64,000 nt of DNA from Magallana gigas. Its lineage: Eukaryota. Numbering within the stretch: position 1 is the stretch's first letter; every line of letters begins with the position of its first letter. Both the position numbers and the translations under genes were made by a program. The stretch lies in contig NC_088858.1 of NCBI RefSeq assembly GCF_963853765.1, forward strand, positions 31,000,001 through 31,064,000. Direction: 5' to 3'. Positions 62,227 to 64,000 of the stretch are shown in pieces. Under the pieces are notes generated by a model. It worked only from the letters and a program-made list of their open reading frames with translations, did not search any database and had not been told where the DNA came from.

Positions 62227-63720
62227 CTATTTTTTCCTGGTCGGTGTTCCGTGCTTTGGATCGTGCTTCGTATCCGTTTTTGTGTCTGATTTAGTCGCCG
62301 CTGGTGTGCTTCCGGTGGCGCCACCCTTCTGCGCATTCTGGGCGGCGGCTTTTTGCTCTTTTTCTTCTTGTCCAGCACCAGCCAACATTTTTACAAATTC
62401 TACGGAAAAAAAACTAAGTTTCTTATCGATAGAAAACTAAGAAAGGGTTCAGTAGATCTTTTTTTTTTGTTGAAGTAAAAATTGATTGTTTCAAATATCG
62501 GTGAAAATGAACATTCCTAAAGAAGTACAGGCTGTGTTATTACGTAAATAGGAAGGAATTCGAAATACGTGTTCTTAACTGTTCAATACCACTTGTTGAA
62601 AGATAGCATTAAGTCAATTTCCTCATATTGACATGTGTACTATATGTTGCAAAATTTGAATTTACTGACACTTGACACTTACATGACACTTTTTCGTGTT
62701 GTAAATTGTATTTCCTGTCACCTAATGAATTAACCATTTACATGTAAAACATGCGACACGTGTCACACTCATACCGTCATAATCTATATCTCCGTCGCCA
62801 TCCATATCCGCTTCCTGTATCATCTCGTCCACCTCATCATCTGACAGTCTGTCCCCCATTGTGGTCATGATGTGACGTAGGTACGCGGAACTAATTGACC
62901 CTGACCCCTCTTTGTCGAACACTTTGAAAGCTTCTCGAATTTCTTGCTCAGAGTCTACGGCATTCATCTTTTTTGCCATCATCAGGAGAAACTCTTGAAA
63001 GTCAATTTCTCCATTTCCTGAATATTTTAGAGGGAAGAAAAATCGTTAAAAGTATTTTGAACGAGTTCTACAAAAATTTGATGTCAAAAGTTTTTCTCTA
63101 CTATTCTTTCTTTCAAAAGATATTATTGTGATCATGATCGAATTTTCTACATGTCCGAATGTAATTTATGCAACAGTATGTTTCATTTTGTGCAGTGTCG
63201 ATTTTGAATTGTACATTTATATGATATAAAATACACGGTAAATAAAACATGAAGCTATATAAATATTCTTCATTATGGCCTTGTTTATATACATAATGAT
63301 ATACAGCACTGCTCGGTGGGTTTTGCCAAATACCTGTAGATTTTATCGGAATATTCGATCAAAAGCGCTCGAGAACCCAAGAAAAAAAAAAAAAGATTTT
63401 TTGTGTGACAGTAACATACCTAATCATCAAAGAGCTTACATTCGGATAAAAGGTAATGAGGTAATTTAGTACGTAACGTTAGAAGAGAACTGATATAGCA
63501 CTAGTGTAGCTCTAACAAGTTACAATATATTGGTACTACATGTATCTTATGGTTGGATTCAATCCTCTGTCCCTACCGTCTATGTCGACCTCCTCCACTA
63601 GGTCCGTCAGTTCCTGGTCCGAGGGGTTCTGTCCCAGGGACCTCATGACTGTCCCTAATTCATCGTTGGATATCGTGCCAGATCCGTCTTTGTCAAACAA
63701 TCGAAACGCCTCCTTAAATT
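62227..63720 (-). CDS. Calmodulin-like protein with long C-terminal extension, locus G (5'-partial)
   Basis: Exons 63720-63577, 63017-62775, 62399-62227. Protein: [34 protein letters not shown]...[68 protein letters not shown]. First exons are not found in the window. Confidence 0.9.
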
Positions 63721-63902
63721 CTACAGTTTAAAAAAAGTCATCCATAAAATGCATGTGAAACTGTATTAGCGAATAGTCTTGGAAATGTAGTGTATTACCC
63801 TTTAATTCTATTTATAATGTGTCTCTCTAAAATTTGTCCAGACATTGTAAAGAAACAATATTTATCTGAATTTTTGTTTTAATTCTAGAAAGAGGCAAAG
63901 GT

Positions 63903-63903
63903 T

Positions 63904-63928
<25 letters not shown>
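63903..63928. repeat. (GA)n microsatellite followed by a poly-G run
   Basis: Direct reading of the sequence. Confidence 0.9.
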
Positions 63929-63938
<10 letters not shown>

Positions 63939-64000
63939 AGAGACACATATATAGCTGTGATAAATTAACAGTATTTGTATTACTTAGTTAATGAATCAAT

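Noticed and set aside
21101-63720. Assigning the symbol CALM/CaM, troponin C or centrin to any locus
   Set aside because: All differ substantially from near-invariant metazoan calmodulin, and family assignment needs a phylogeny that I cannot run.

Overview
AT-rich eukaryotic genomic DNA with spliceosomal introns and three sized N-gaps (25388-25530, 32561-32692, 57870-58042). The repeat families suggest a bivalve, most likely a Crassostrea/Magallana oyster (inference). The left third holds a decayed RTE-type LINE, an intronless orphan class A GPCR (minus strand) and many non-autonomous elements. From about 21.1 kb to the right edge lies a head-to-tail, all-minus-strand array of seven calmodulin-like (four EF-hand) loci, here labelled A-G left to right. 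I rebuilt them by hand from splice signals; they share the calmodulin exon plan (intron phases 0,1,1,1). A, B, D, E and F are complete and intact, G is intact but 5'-partial, and C is a pseudogenised duplicate of D. The paralogs differ in which EF loops keep their Ca2+ ligands, and G has a roughly 48-aa extra C-terminal tail. The most unusual structure is a 50-bp minisatellite in locus F that repeats the exon-4 end and its 5' splice site 22 times. Gene models are manual predictions without transcript evidence.
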